Shown piece by piece: positions 1 to 10,232 of a DNA stretch of 32,000 nucleotides. The DNA is from Geotalea daltonii FRC-32 (GTDB lineage: Bacteria > Desulfobacterota > Desulfuromonadia > Geobacterales > Geobacteraceae), in contig NC_011979.1 of assembly GCF_000022265.1 (NCBI RefSeq), positions 3,150,001 to 3,182,000 of the forward strand. Reading direction: 5' to 3'. Below the pieces are notes generated by a model. That model had not been told where the DNA came from. It made no database searches and saw nothing but the letters and a program-made list of their open reading frames with translations. Each line of letters begins with the position of its first letter. The first letter of the stretch is position 1. Position numbers and translations under genes: made by a program.

Positions 1-667
1 CTACTATTTTGGCTGCGGCAGTGGAAGCAGTACCAGGTTCTATTTTATCACTGAAACCGGTGACCTTGGCAGATGGCTTCTGAACCAAATGCCACAGCGG
101 ATACTGTGTCCTAGGGAGTATAAGAAAGAAAAAAGCCGTCAGAGGGATGATAGCCAAAGACATTAGCAGGGAAGAGGTCAATATCTTTTTCATCCCCGGG
201 CAGCTGATATTCATTTGGGGGTCCTTCCCGTGAAAAGTCAACAGCACCATGGAAACCGTGATCAGCACCAACTGAACGAGCAGGTAAACAAGGAAAACAG
301 CATCCAGACTATAGAGCGAAGAAGCGGCAAGTGCTATCAGGGCAAGCACGAAAACCTGCAGATGATTTCTTCCACTCTTCTCACTGATGAGCCTTACCCC
401 GAGCAGTAGAATGATGGCATTCGCCGCTGGGGAAAGCACGTTGTCTCTACTGAACTGCACCATATAGAATGCAAAAAAAAGGATAGAAACCAGGGTGGTA
501 ATAGATGCTGCCGGATATCGGTTCCGGTAATCGGCAAGGATCCCTGCAGCAAAGGCAGCCAAAAAGAGAAATCTGGGGGCTGGCTCAATGTACGGGAAAA
601 GAGGTATGAACCCGAGCAGGGCTATGCAGAAGGTAAGAAAAAGAAGGGGGATCCTAATTCTGATCAT
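1..667 (-). CDS. DUF3488/transglutaminase-like (TgpA-type) polytopic membrane protein, N-terminal ~222 codons; 3' end lies off the window
   Basis: ATG at 665-667 overlaps the DUF58 stop by 14 nt. I checked every in-frame triplet down to position 1 and found no stop. Translation MIRIRIPLLFLTFCIALLGF...LSPAANAIILLLGVRLISEKSGRNHLQVFVLALIALAASSLYSL...GFSDKIEPGTAS is a string of TM helices like the N-terminus of TgpA-like proteins, which usually follow MoxR-DUF58. Absent from the ORF track because it runs off the edge. Confidence 0.6.
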   Translation of the reverse strand, partial: MIRIRIPLLFLTFCIALLGFIPLFPYIEPAPRFLFLAAFAAGILADYRNRYPAASITTLVSILFFAFYMVQFSRDNVLSPAANAIILLLGVRLISEKSGRNHLQVFVLALIALAASSLYSLDAVFLVYLLVQLVLITVSMVLLTFHGKDPQMNISCPGMKKILTSSLLMSLAIIPLTAFFFLILPRTQYPLWHLVQKPSAKVTGFSDKIEPGTASTAAAKIV

Positions 668-1484
668 AGAGCGCCAACTCCGTCAGCAAGCGGAGCCTGT
701 GTGATTTTGAGGCCTTCGGCTTTATTATCCTGTCACTGATCCTGAGGCCGACAGGGCGGTTGTCACGGATAAGACGGTTAATGAGAAATACTGCAGAGGA
801 AAGGCGCGCCTCCAGGGTCGAACCTGGTAACAGGCGAGGGTCGAGGATCACAGGCTCTCCCCCCCCAGCGCTCATCTCTTTGACCTTTAACAGCGGGTGC
901 TTTGCCGAGAGGCGCCAATGGATCATTTTAAGTGGATCGCCACCGGCATAATCCTTGATCCTGTTCACCTCTCCCTCCATCCCTCTGCTCAGCGGCAAAG
1001 GATCGGTGTTCGGTTGACCTTGTTCGGCTGCAGTTGCAAAAGAGGCATGGATGGGGGCTGGAAACACTATGAATTCATCTTCGAGGCGTAGACGGTTGCA
1101 TCGGACGAAGAAATTGACCGGAAAAGGGGAAAATACCAGCGCCTCTCCCATGGGTTGTAGCCCCCTATGGGTGAATTTGACGACGACGGAATCTGTTTCG
1201 GTGGAAGAGCTGCTTATGTAGTTGAAATCCGTAGACTTGCCACAGACCATGATCTGCAGGAGGAATGATGGCATGAGCCGTTTTGTGTTGGTAAGCTTAA
1301 TCACCGCAAGAGTTTCAGCACCGGCGTAAATCTCCTCGGGAAGAACTAACTGCAGTTTCAGGCCCCTTATATTGGCCCAACCGGCAACACCGGATACTGC
1401 CATGAATCCGAGCATTGCGGATACTATAAGGAAAAGAAGATTATTGCCGGTATTCACCGCGGCAAAACCGAGAAACAGCGTCAA
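654..1484 (-). CDS. DUF58 domain-containing protein (MoxR-associated)
   Basis: 276-aa ORF. N-terminal TM hairpin with the NTGNNLLFL motif typical of DUF58. Lies directly downstream of a MoxR ATPase. The listed start is TTG, 16 nt after a GGGAGGTG SD, so the exact start is uncertain. Confidence 0.8.
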   Translation of the reverse strand: MTLFLGFAAVNTGNNLLFLIVSAMLGFMAVSGVAGWANIRGLKLQLVLPEEIYAGAETLAVIKLTNTKRLMPSFLLQIMVCGKSTDFNYISSSSTETDSVVVKFTHRGLQPMGEALVFSPFPVNFFVRCNRLRLEDEFIVFPAPIHASFATAAEQGQPNTDPLPLSRGMEGEVNRIKDYAGGDPLKMIHWRLSAKHPLLKVKEMSAGGGEPVILDPRLLPGSTLEARLSSAVFLINRLIRDNRPVGLRISDRIIKPKASKSHRLRLLTELALYDQN

Positions 1485-1516
1485 TGCTATATAAATGCCA
1501 CCTCCCTTTGTTATCC

Positions 1517-2458
1517 TTAAGACAGCGGCACGGGTATCTTTTTTACGATTGACCGTAACAACTCCTCCTTGTCGAGGCTTTGGCTTTCTTCTTTCGTAAT
1601 GAGCCGATGGGAACCGACGGCGACGATTATCTCCCTCACATCCTCCGGGATGATGAAATCCCGTCCCTCCAGGTAGGCCACCGACCTGGCTGCGTCGGCC
1701 AGATTGATCCCTCCCCTGGTGGATATACCCGACAGTACCAGGGGATGGTCGCGAGTCGCGGCAATTATGGCAAAAATATAGCCAACAATATTATCGGCCA
1801 AATGGATTCGTCCCCTGATTTCTCCCTGGGCGGCAATAATATCCTCTTGAGTAAGCATTGCCTGGATAGTACGGATCTCATCGCGAAGGCTACCATACCT
1901 GATAATTGATTTTTCCATGTCCTCCGGTGGATAGCCGATGCCGGTCCTGATTATGAACCTGTCCAGTTGGGATTCCGGAAGCGGATAAGTTCCCACCTGT
2001 TCCACCGGGTTCTGGGTAGCGATGACCAGAAAAGGCTCAGGAAGCTGGTAGGTCACTCCTTCCACCGTCACCCGTCGCTCCTCCATGGCCTCCAGCAGAG
2101 CACTCTGGGTCTTCGGCATGGCCCTGTTGATCTCATCCACCAGCAGAATATTGTTGAAAACCGGCCCGTTAATGAAGTGAAAGGAGTTCAACTCTCTGTT
2201 AAAGATGGAGAGCCCGGTTATATCCGACGGCAGCAGATCACTGGTACACTGTATCCTGCCGAAGGATAAACCCATGGAATTGGCAAGGACAAGGGCCAAG
2301 GTCGTTTTACCAAGTCCGGGAATATCCTCCAGAAGCACATGTCCGCCGCTCAATAAAGCAACGAAGCATAGCCTCACGGCGTGAGCTTTGCCTTTCAGAT
2401 ACCGCAGAGACAGGGTATCCACGACACTTACAATTTTATCCCTTGTTGCAGATTGCAT
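1517..2458 (-). CDS. MoxR-family AAA+ ATPase
   Basis: 313 aa. Walker A GLGKTTLA, Walker B LLVDEINRA, then ATQNP and the conserved MoxR C-terminal lid region. Classic MoxR-DUF58 pairing. Confidence 0.9.
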   Translation of the reverse strand: MQSATRDKIVSVVDTLSLRYLKGKAHAVRLCFVALLSGGHVLLEDIPGLGKTTLALVLANSMGLSFGRIQCTSDLLPSDITGLSIFNRELNSFHFINGPVFNNILLVDEINRAMPKTQSALLEAMEERRVTVEGVTYQLPEPFLVIATQNPVEQVGTYPLPESQLDRFIIRTGIGYPPEDMEKSIIRYGSLRDEIRTIQAMLTQEDIIAAQGEIRGRIHLADNIVGYIFAIIAATRDHPLVLSGISTRGGINLADAARSVAYLEGRDFIIPEDVREIIVAVGSHRLITKEESQSLDKEELLRSIVKKIPVPLS

Positions 2459-2516
2459 TTAAAAACCTTCTCTCAAAACTGTCGACTGTTTTAGGATACA
2501 GTGCTGCCACCATTTT

Positions 2517-3206
2517 TCAATGGTCCGGTCGGACATTAAGCAACCGGCCCCACTCCTGCCACTGGTTAGCATCGAAAGTGAGGAGGATGGCAGCCGGAAT
2601 CACAGTATCAAGTTCATTCAACTGAAACTTTAACAGTTCACCCGTAAACATCTTGAACAACATCAGTTCGTTCTGAAAAAGACGGATGAATTCGAAGCGG
2701 ATTTGCGGCAGAGAAATGGGTTCTTTCCCGACGAAATTGAGGCTGCAGAGTGCCGGGTCCATGATTTCGCCTCCCATATCAACCAGAGGCAGTCCGTGGA
2801 GCCGGCAGGTCATGGGACGATGCTCGTAGACCAGACATCGACCACTTTCATCAAGGAGAACACAAGGCGTTTCATCCTCATTGGGCATTATTTTATCCCA
2901 TTCCTCGTCTGAACGGTGATTCAGGGTAAAGGGCGGTGCAAACTCGGGCCAGATAGCCCTGATTGCTTCAAGCCGTATGCGTGCATTGTCTGCCACTTTT
3001 TGCTGCACCCCCTGCCCCAGATTATCGAATCCGCTTTTCAGGAAACAGGCATCGAGAAGGGTAATGTCGAAGAGACCTCGGCAACAATGGGAACAGCCTT
3101 TGCTGCAGTGAATATCTTCGGGAACCGCTGATAAACAACGCCCGAACCAGGCGTCAACGCTTGAAAGAAGCTGACCGTATAGGGTAAGAATGTTGTCAAC
3201 CTGCAT
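2517..3206 (-). CDS. YkgJ-family (CxxCxxCC) cysteine-cluster protein
   Basis: 229 aa with CSKGCSHCCRG plus a second Cys group, CVLLDESGRCLVYEHRPMTCRLHG. This is the pattern of the putative Zn/Fe-chelating UPF0153/YkgJ family. Confidence 0.7.
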   Translation of the reverse strand: MQVDNILTLYGQLLSSVDAWFGRCLSAVPEDIHCSKGCSHCCRGLFDITLLDACFLKSGFDNLGQGVQQKVADNARIRLEAIRAIWPEFAPPFTLNHRSDEEWDKIMPNEDETPCVLLDESGRCLVYEHRPMTCRLHGLPLVDMGGEIMDPALCSLNFVGKEPISLPQIRFEFIRLFQNELMLFKMFTGELLKFQLNELDTVIPAAILLTFDANQWQEWGRLLNVRPDH

Positions 3207-3284
3207 GAAAATGTCCTGTATTCAATGAAAAAGGGCAGCGAATCAATTCGCCACCCTTTGAACAGTTACCGTAAATGCATCAGA

Positions 3285-3833
3285 TCAAGCCAGCACTTCG
3301 GACTTGGTGAAGATCGATTTAAGCCAGTATCCCTCTTTCTCTATATTTTCACGTCCACCCTCTTCGCGATCCACGAGTGTTACCACGCCGAGTACCTTGA
3401 GACCTTCTTCTTCCGCCCTTTTAATGGCCTTGATAGAAGAACCGCCGCTGGTGACAACATCCTCAACGATGACTACCCGTGCTCCGGGTTTGAAATTTTT
3501 CCGTCCTTCCAGCCATGCGCCCGTCCCGTGGCCTTTCGGCTCTTTTCGGATGATGAACGCAGGAATCGGCTGCTTTTCCAGAAAGCTGACGACAGAGGTA
3601 GCAGTGGCAATGGGGTCAGCGCCAAGGGTTAATCCCCCTACCCCTTCAACCTGTTCAACGTCCTTTATCGCTTCGAAAAAAAGCTTGCCGGTCAGATAGC
3701 CACCTTCAGGATGAAGAGTGGTCTGCTTGCCGTCGAAATAAAAATCGCTTTCCCGGCCCGAGGCCAGCACGACCTTTCTTTTCTCGTAGGAAAGCTCAAG
3801 GATGATCTGTTTTAGCCTAGCCTTGTCACTCAT
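3285..3833 (-). CDS. pyrE: orotate phosphoribosyltransferase
   Basis: PRPP-binding motif [13 protein letters not shown] and overall OPRTase-like sequence. I prefer ATG 3833 (MSDKARLK), which has an AAGGAG SD 10 nt upstream and overlaps the purF stop as ATGAGTGA. The ORF-track start is 3854. Confidence 0.9.
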   Translation of the reverse strand: MSDKARLKQIILELSYEKRKVVLASGRESDFYFDGKQTTLHPEGGYLTGKLFFEAIKDVEQVEGVGGLTLGADPIATATSVVSFLEKQPIPAFIIRKEPKGHGTGAWLEGRKNFKPGARVVIVEDVVTSGGSSIKAIKRAEEEGLKVLGVVTLVDREEGGRENIEKEGYWLKSIFTKSEVLA

Positions 3834-5250
3834 ATTCTGGAAGCTCCTTTTCAAATAGGTCTAGCTGGGGCGCAATGCCCAGCTTAGGGAATTTAACGGG
3901 ATAACTCCCGGTGAAGCAGGCACGACAATAGCTGGTATTTTCGGTCCCGACAGAACTGATCAGACCATCCTCCGACAGGTATCCCAAGGTGTCGGCAGTT
4001 ATATACTTGCGGATCTCATCAATGGTATGGGATGAAGAGATCAATTCCTTGCGGTTGGGGGTGTCGATGCCGTAATAACAGGGATAACTGGTTGGGGGAG
4101 AAGAGATTCTCACATGGACCTCTTTGGCTCCCGCATTACGGATCATCTTGACGATCTTGCGTGAAGTGGTGCCGCGGACTATGGAATCGTCGATGACAAC
4201 TACCCGTTTGTCCTTGAGGACCTCCCTTACCGGATTCAGCTTGATCTTCACCCCGAAATGGCGGATCGCCTGCTGAGGCTCGATGAAGGTGCGTCCCACG
4301 TAATGGTTGCGGATCAGCCCCAGCTCAAAAGGTATTCCCGACTCTTCGGCGTAACCGAGAGCGGACGGCACTCCGGAATCGGGAATGGGAATGACAATGT
4401 CGGCATCCACCTGATGTTCCCGTGCCAGTTGGCGACCCATTTCCTTGCGTACCTGATAAACATTCTTGCCGAAGATATATGAGTCCGGACGGGCAAAATA
4501 GACGAACTCAAAAATGCACGGGGTCGGATTCGCCTTTTGCAGCGGGAAGTAGGAGGTCATCCCCTCATTGGTAATGATGATCGCCTCTCCCGGCTCAATT
4601 TCGCGGATGAATTCGGCGTCGATGAGGTCAAGGGCGCAGCTTTCCGACGCGACCACATAGGAACTGCCCAGCTTGCCCAGACACAGGGGCCTGAAACCGT
4701 TAGGATCACGGACGGCAACCATTCTCGTTTCCGTGAGAAAGAGCAGGCAATAGGCCCCTTTGATGCGGTTCAGGGAGTCGGAAATCCTGTCGAGGAGAGA
4801 ATTGGCCTTTGAGGTGGCAAGCAGATGGACAATGATCTCCGTGTCCATGGTCGTCTGAAATATTGAGCCGTATGCTTCCAGCTCATCCTTAATGATCTGG
4901 GCATTGACAATGTTACCGTTATGGGCAACGGCAATGGACCCTCTTGAGTAGTCGACCATGATCGGTTGAACGTTTTTTATGACTGAGGAACCGGTGGTTG
5001 AGTAGCGTACATGGCCGATTGCCGATTTTCCGGGCAGTGATTTGAATATTTCCTGGTTGCCGAAGACATCCGCCACAAGACCCATGCTTTTATGGGCATG
5101 GAGAGAAGAGCCGTCCGAGGAGACGATACCGCAGCTTTCCTGCCCACGGTGCTGCAGAGCATAGAGGCCTAGATAAGTCAGATTGGACGCCTCGGGATGG
5201 TTGAATATTCCGAAAATACCGCATTCTTCTTCTGGTCGTTGTAACTTCAT
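3826..5250 (-). CDS. purF: amidophosphoribosyltransferase (glutamine-PRPP amidotransferase), 4Fe-4S type
   Basis: Ntn-nucleophile context [13 protein letters not shown] loop [13 protein letters not shown] and C-terminal Cys ligands (CYYGID, CRACFTG). ATG 5250 ([10 protein letters not shown]) gives a short propeptide as in the B. subtilis enzyme. The alternative is GTG 5313. Confidence 0.92.
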   Translation of the reverse strand: MKLQRPEEECGIFGIFNHPEASNLTYLGLYALQHRGQESCGIVSSDGSSLHAHKSMGLVADVFGNQEIFKSLPGKSAIGHVRYSTTGSSVIKNVQPIMVDYSRGSIAVAHNGNIVNAQIIKDELEAYGSIFQTTMDTEIIVHLLATSKANSLLDRISDSLNRIKGAYCLLFLTETRMVAVRDPNGFRPLCLGKLGSSYVVASESCALDLIDAEFIREIEPGEAIIITNEGMTSYFPLQKANPTPCIFEFVYFARPDSYIFGKNVYQVRKEMGRQLAREHQVDADIVIPIPDSGVPSALGYAEESGIPFELGLIRNHYVGRTFIEPQQAIRHFGVKIKLNPVREVLKDKRVVVIDDSIVRGTTSRKIVKMIRNAGAKEVHVRISSPPTSYPCYYGIDTPNRKELISSSHTIDEIRKYITADTLGYLSEDGLISSVGTENTSYCRACFTGSYPVKFPKLGIAPQLDLFEKELPEYE

Positions 5251-5321
5251 AACGTAAACGTACTCCTTCCCCTGAATGGGATCTTCAAGGGATGTTCGTT
5301 GTAGGGGCTGCACCGCAAAGC

Positions 5322-6146
5322 TCAGAAGTCGTTCTTCACATAATCTGCAGCGTTCCTGAAAAGAACAAGACCGTCGCCGTCTTCCGGCAGGTTTTCCCGA
5401 GTCCAGCGGGGGTGCTGGATGCGGTTGACGAAAGCCTCGGGGTGGGGCATCAGTCCCATGATCCTGCCGGATTCACTGCTTATGCCGGCAATGGCATTGA
5501 CCGAGCCGTTGGGATTGAGGGGGAATTCCATGGTGGCAGACGTATATGCAGGATCGGAATAGACGAGCACGGCAAGATTGCCTTTCTCGATCCGCTCCAG
5601 CGTTTCCGTACCATCCACGACAAATTTACCTTCCCCGTGCCTGATTGGCAGGTAAAGACCTTTTTCCACACCGCGGGTGAAAATACAGTTGGAGGCGGTG
5701 TTGTTTTTAAGATAGACCCAACGATCCTGAAAACGTCCACTGTCGTTGAAGGTAAGGGTTGCCACCTGCTGGCGGCCATTATTGGCAAAACCCGGCAATA
5801 GACCCATCTTTACCAGCAGTTGAAAGCCGTTACAAACACCCAGCACCAGCTTTCCGTCATCGATAAAGCGCTGCAACTGTTCAAAGAGATGTTCGTTGCC
5901 GCCCTGGGTCTTGGCATAACGAAGGCGATTGGCTTGGGCCTTTGCGCTGCCAAGGTCATCACCGTCAAGAAAGCCGCCGGTGAGATTCAAAAAGTGAAAA
6001 TCGTCCAGCCTTATTTCGCCGGAGAGAAGATCGGAAATGTGGGCAATCCGGGCTTCATCGAAGCCACCGAGCCGGCAGGCATGGGCAGCCTCCATCTCGC
6101 AGTTTGTGCCGTTACCCGTTATGATCAACGCCTTTGCTTTAGCCAT
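5322..6146 (-). CDS. purQ: phosphoribosylformylglycinamidine synthase, glutaminase subunit
   Basis: Class-I amidotransferase with GVCNGFQLL nucleophile elbow and MPHPE near the C-terminus. ATG 6146 ([11 protein letters not shown]) follows a GGGAG SD. The upstream extension to 6212 would overlap the purL stop. Confidence 0.88.
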   Translation of the reverse strand: MAKAKALIITGNGTNCEMEAAHACRLGGFDEARIAHISDLLSGEIRLDDFHFLNLTGGFLDGDDLGSAKAQANRLRYAKTQGGNEHLFEQLQRFIDDGKLVLGVCNGFQLLVKMGLLPGFANNGRQQVATLTFNDSGRFQDRWVYLKNNTASNCIFTRGVEKGLYLPIRHGEGKFVVDGTETLERIEKGNLAVLVYSDPAYTSATMEFPLNPNGSVNAIAGISSESGRIMGLMPHPEAFVNRIQHPRWTRENLPEDGDGLVLFRNAADYVKNDF

Positions 6147-6165
6147 TAAAAAACTCCCGAAACTA

Positions 6166-9153
6166 TTACAGTGATTGCAGCGGAGACTGCCATGCTTCTT
6201 TAAGATTGGCAATCTCAGCTTTAACGACTACTTTACCAGAAACGCCTGTGATGGTTAAAGTGGTATCTGCCGTGACCTGACCAATGCGGGCAACCGCCTG
6301 ACCGGACATCACATTTTCAAATGCTGCTGACTTGCCGGGATCTACCGTGATAAGAAGCCGTGATGCTGATTCGGAAAAAAGGATGGCCTCGTCGTCCAGT
6401 GATGCACTCGCCTTGATGGGTACCGCATCGAGATTCACCGCAAGACCGAAACCTCCGGCAAAAGCGGATTCAGCAGCAGCGACGGCAAGTCCACCGTCGG
6501 AAAGATCATGGCAGGAAGCGACTAATCCTTCCACCACCGCGGCATGATAGGCCCGGTAACTGTTCAAGGCCTTTTCGGCGTTGACCTGTGGTACTCTGTT
6601 ACCGGTAAAGCCTTTCGCTGCCAGGTATTCAGAGCCGCCCAGCTCGTCAGCTGTCTCCCCCAGTATATAAACCACGTCACCAGGTCTTTTGACATCCATG
6701 GTCACAGCCTTGCGGGCATCCTCCATTTTCCCTATGACTGAAAAGAGCAGCGTCGGTGGAATGGATATTTTGGTGGTCCCGTCATAGAAGTCGTTTTTCA
6801 TGGAATCCTTGCCGGATATAAGAGGAATGCCGAAAGCCACGCAGTAATCGTAAAGGGCCTTGTTGGCCCGCACCAGCTGGGCCATCTTGTATTCACCGTC
6901 GGGAGTCTTTTCCGATTTGACCGGGTCGCACCAGCAGAAGTTGTCCAGACCGGCCACCAGGTTCGGCGAGCCGCCGACGGCGATATAGTTGCGCAGTCCT
7001 TCGTCTATGGCATTGGCGGCCATATGGTAAGCATCTATGTCACTGTACCGGGGACAGATACCGTGTCCGACAACGACCCCCTCGAAGGAGTCGAGGATGG
7101 GTCTGACGACAGCAGCGTCCGAAGGGCCATCATTATTGACACCGGTAAAGGGTTTGACGACGCTCCCCCCCTGCACCTCGTGGTCGTAACGGCGGACCAC
7201 CGACTCTTTTGAGCAGATATTCAGCGAGCCGAGCAGTTTGAGCAGGTCTTCGGTGTAGTCGCTCTTGTCGGCAGGCTTCGGCTCTTCATGATGTTTGATC
7301 TCCCAGACCCCCCGCATCTCCATGGGTGGCAACCCGCCGTGAAGGAAGCTGATCGGCAGAAAGGCCACTGTTGTTTCGCCATGGAGGATATGGAAATAGC
7401 CGGAGTCGGTAAATTCTCCCAACACCGTCGCCTCAACCCCCATAATCCTGGCCAGAGCCAGGAATTCGTCGATTTTAGCAGGAGGAACGGCAAGACTCAT
7501 ACGCTCCTGGGCCTCGGAAATGAGGATTTCCCATGGATCCAGCCCGGCGTACTTGAGGGGTGCCTTGGACAGGTCCAGACGGCAGCCGCCGCACTCTTCG
7601 GACATCTCTCCAATTGAAGAAGAAAGGCCGCCGGCGCCGTTGTCGGTAATGAAATTGTAAAGACCGCGGTCCCGGGCCCGCAGGAGAAAATCGGTCATCC
7701 GTTTCTGGGTGATGGGATCCCCTATCTGTACCGCTGAAACCGGAGATGATTCATTCAGCTCCTCGGAGGAAAAAGTGGCGCCGTGGATACCATCCTTGCC
7801 GATGCGTCCGCCGGTCATAACGATCAGGTCACCAGGATCTATCCGCTTCACATGGGATGGTTCGCCGTTGATAACGGCCGGCATGATGCCGGCGGTGCCG
7901 CAGAAGACAAGGGGCTTGCCGGCAAAGCGGTCATCGAAGACCAGCGAGCCGTTGACCGTGGGAATGCCGCTCTTGTTTCCCCCGTGCTCAACCCCTTCGA
8001 TGACCCCTTCATAGATACGGCGCGGATGAAGCAGCCGAGCAGGAAGCGGCTTATCGTAAAAGGGCGAGGCGAAACAGAAGACATCGGTGTTGAAAATGAG
8101 CCTGGCTCCTTTGCCGGTGCCGAACGGGTCCCGGTTGACACCGACGATGCCGGTGAGCGCTCCGCCGTATGGATCCAGTGCGCTGGGCGAATTGTGGGTT
8201 TCCACTTTGAAGACCAGGGAGTAGTCATCATTGAACCTGATTACTCCGGCGTTATCCTTGAATACCGACAGGCAGAAGTCCTTGTCGCCAAGGTTCTCGC
8301 GGACCGTAGCCGTGGTCCTCTGGATAAAGCTTTTAAACAGGGAGGAAATCTGTTCCCGGTTCCCCTTCTCGTCAACATATTCGACGTTTCCGGAAAAGAT
8401 CTTGTGTTTGCAGTGTTCGGACCAGGTCTGGGCCAGGGCTTCCAGTTCCACGTCCGTCGGCCGGTCACCCAAGCCCTGACTGCGGCGGGCGGCGAGAACC
8501 AGGTCGTCCCGGTAATGTGCCTGGATGATCTTCATCTCATCTAGAGTGAGAGCAAGAACGCCTTCGCGACTGATGCGCAGCAACTCCTCATCGGTCACAT
8601 TCAGATCGATCTCTTTAACAGTGCCTGTGGCGTGAACGGCAACCTTGGGCACATAAGCCTGCATACCTTTCTGCGCCACAAACGATGCGTGATCGAGTAT
8701 CTGGTAACGCTGGATGAGTGTATTGCAGAGAAGCCCTGTAGCTATGCCTTCCATCTCCTTGAGGTCCAACCCGCAGGTGAACAGATACTGGACAGATGTA
8801 TAGACACCTTCACCTTCCCGTAAGGGGCGGCCAATGATGTACTCGATAGCCTCTTTGGCGGTCCTGCCCACGTTGTCTGTAACACCGGGCCGGAACCCCA
8901 CCTCCACGACAAAATCAAAATTGCGACCGATAGGCACATCGATGGCAAAATCCTGAATGACAGGATCGGAAAAAGGACCGGCAGCTGCCAGTTCAAGTTC
9001 GGCGGCAGTGAGATCGGCATCGACGGTAAACACATCTATTGTCCTGACCTGCTTGACCGGTACGTCTAGAAAGTGCTCTATCTCGCTCCTGATCCGTTCT
9101 CCCCGCGCGTCGCGAACGTTATCCTTCAAAGCTATTTCAATTCTATGGGCCAT
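6166..9153 (-). CDS. purL: phosphoribosylformylglycinamidine synthase subunit PurL with fused N-terminal PurS-like/linker region
   Basis: About 995 aa. AIR-synthase-like repeats (ETHNSPS, DNGAGGLSS, GKDSMKN). An N-terminal region of about 200 aa (MAHRIEIALKDNVRDARGERI...) resembles PurS or the N-domain of large PurL. ATG 9153 has an AAGGA SD and lies 2 nt after the MscS stop. Confidence 0.9.
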   Translation of the reverse strand: MAHRIEIALKDNVRDARGERIRSEIEHFLDVPVKQVRTIDVFTVDADLTAAELELAAAGPFSDPVIQDFAIDVPIGRNFDFVVEVGFRPGVTDNVGRTAKEAIEYIIGRPLREGEGVYTSVQYLFTCGLDLKEMEGIATGLLCNTLIQRYQILDHASFVAQKGMQAYVPKVAVHATGTVKEIDLNVTDEELLRISREGVLALTLDEMKIIQAHYRDDLVLAARRSQGLGDRPTDVELEALAQTWSEHCKHKIFSGNVEYVDEKGNREQISSLFKSFIQRTTATVRENLGDKDFCLSVFKDNAGVIRFNDDYSLVFKVETHNSPSALDPYGGALTGIVGVNRDPFGTGKGARLIFNTDVFCFASPFYDKPLPARLLHPRRIYEGVIEGVEHGGNKSGIPTVNGSLVFDDRFAGKPLVFCGTAGIMPAVINGEPSHVKRIDPGDLIVMTGGRIGKDGIHGATFSSEELNESSPVSAVQIGDPITQKRMTDFLLRARDRGLYNFITDNGAGGLSSSIGEMSEECGGCRLDLSKAPLKYAGLDPWEILISEAQERMSLAVPPAKIDEFLALARIMGVEATVLGEFTDSGYFHILHGETTVAFLPISFLHGGLPPMEMRGVWEIKHHEEPKPADKSDYTEDLLKLLGSLNICSKESVVRRYDHEVQGGSVVKPFTGVNNDGPSDAAVVRPILDSFEGVVVGHGICPRYSDIDAYHMAANAIDEGLRNYIAVGGSPNLVAGLDNFCWCDPVKSEKTPDGEYKMAQLVRANKALYDYCVAFGIPLISGKDSMKNDFYDGTTKISIPPTLLFSVIGKMEDARKAVTMDVKRPGDVVYILGETADELGGSEYLAAKGFTGNRVPQVNAEKALNSYRAYHAAVVEGLVASCHDLSDGGLAVAAAESAFAGGFGLAVNLDAVPIKASASLDDEAILFSESASRLLITVDPGKSAAFENVMSGQAVARIGQVTADTTLTITGVSGKVVVKAEIANLKEAWQSPLQSL

Positions 9154-9155
9154 TA

Positions 9156-10232
9156 TCAGTCCTTTTCCATCAGTACCGTTCTCGTTGGATACGGTATCTG
9201 TACGCCGTTTTCCTGAAATCTTTTTGCGATCAGACAATTAATCTGATCGGTAACTGAAAAAACCTTTGTGTAATCCTCTACCCAGAAAAAAAGTGAAACA
9301 TTCAATGCGCTGTCGCCAAAGGAGACGAAAAAAGCCTCCGGAGCAGGATCTTTGCGGACATGTGGTATCTCAAGGGCTGTATTGACCAGCAGCGCTTTGA
9401 CGGCAGAAATGTCGCTCCCGTAGGCAACCCCCAGGTTGATCCGCCCTTTGCTGAGGACATCGGGAAAAGCCATGTTGATCAGCACCGTGTTGCACAACTC
9501 CGAGTTGGGAATAATCAGATAGGTATTATCAAGGGTCTTGATCTTCGTGCTGCGAAGGCCAATATCAATTACATCGCCAATCTGACCGCCGGCAAGCTGA
9601 ATGCGGTCACCGATGTGAAAAGGGCGATCCAGCATCAGAGTGAATCCGGAGATCATGTTGGCCAGGGTGTCCTTTGCTGCCAGACCTATGGCAAGAGAAC
9701 CGATACCGAGAGCGGTAATTATGGACCAAATGTCATAATTGAAATGTTTGAGGGTAATTATCAGCGCTGTGCCGATGAGAAAGATGCTGATCAGCTTTTC
9801 AACCAATGGTATCAATTGCCGCAGACCGCTGCTCTCCACGCCGGTCATCCTGGCTGCATACCACTGGAGAAACTCATCGGCAGCCCTGTATGCAATGATG
9901 GTGAGGATTATCATATTGATGACGAAGAGAATTCCCGAGGTGATAACATGGGCTTTTTCGGGCAACGGCAGTGAGGCTACCGCAAAATAGAGGCCGGCGA
10001 ACATGAGCAGAAGAGACACCGGCGGCGTCACACGCCGCAGGATTCGGTCATCAAGATCGGTCTTGGTAAAGGAGGTGAAGCGAGGCCCCCAAGTTACCAG
10101 CACATGCCCAAGCACCAGGGCAAGCAAATAAAAAGAGGCAAATATGATGACGGCAATGAGGCTTTCCTTCAGCCAGAAAAGGAGCAGCCCGTCTGCCGCC
10201 TCAAGTTGAAAAAACCGTATCAGGTTATCCAC
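9156..10232 (-). CDS. mechanosensitive ion channel family protein (MscS-like)
   Basis: 358 aa. Several N-terminal TM helices followed by the MscS beta-domain signature ISGFTLMLDRPFHIGDRI. GTG start overlaps the purB stop (GTGGATAA). Confidence 0.85.
   Translation of the reverse strand: MDNLIRFFQLEAADGLLLFWLKESLIAVIIFASFYLLALVLGHVLVTWGPRFTSFTKTDLDDRILRRVTPPVSLLLMFAGLYFAVASLPLPEKAHVITSGILFVINMIILTIIAYRAADEFLQWYAARMTGVESSGLRQLIPLVEKLISIFLIGTALIITLKHFNYDIWSIITALGIGSLAIGLAAKDTLANMISGFTLMLDRPFHIGDRIQLAGGQIGDVIDIGLRSTKIKTLDNTYLIIPNSELCNTVLINMAFPDVLSKGRINLGVAYGSDISAVKALLVNTALEIPHVRKDPAPEAFFVSFGDSALNVSLFFWVEDYTKVFSVTDQINCLIAKRFQENGVQIPYPTRTVLMEKD

Noticed and set aside
215-588. Two 64-aa ORFs at the left edge (215-409 plus strand, 394-588 minus strand)
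   Set aside because: They are out of frame with, or antisense to, the edge-truncated TgpA-like gene. That gene's frame is open across the whole region and encodes convincing TM helices.
7783-8544. Long antisense ORFs inside purL (253 aa). Similar ones lie opposite pgk (16297-16956), the MscS gene (9360-9974), purQ (5292-5801), the kinase (13191-13730) and the barrel gene (29502-29951)
   Set aside because: Each is opposite a gene with strong motif support. The translations are Arg/Gly/Pro-rich shadows without SDs or motifs.
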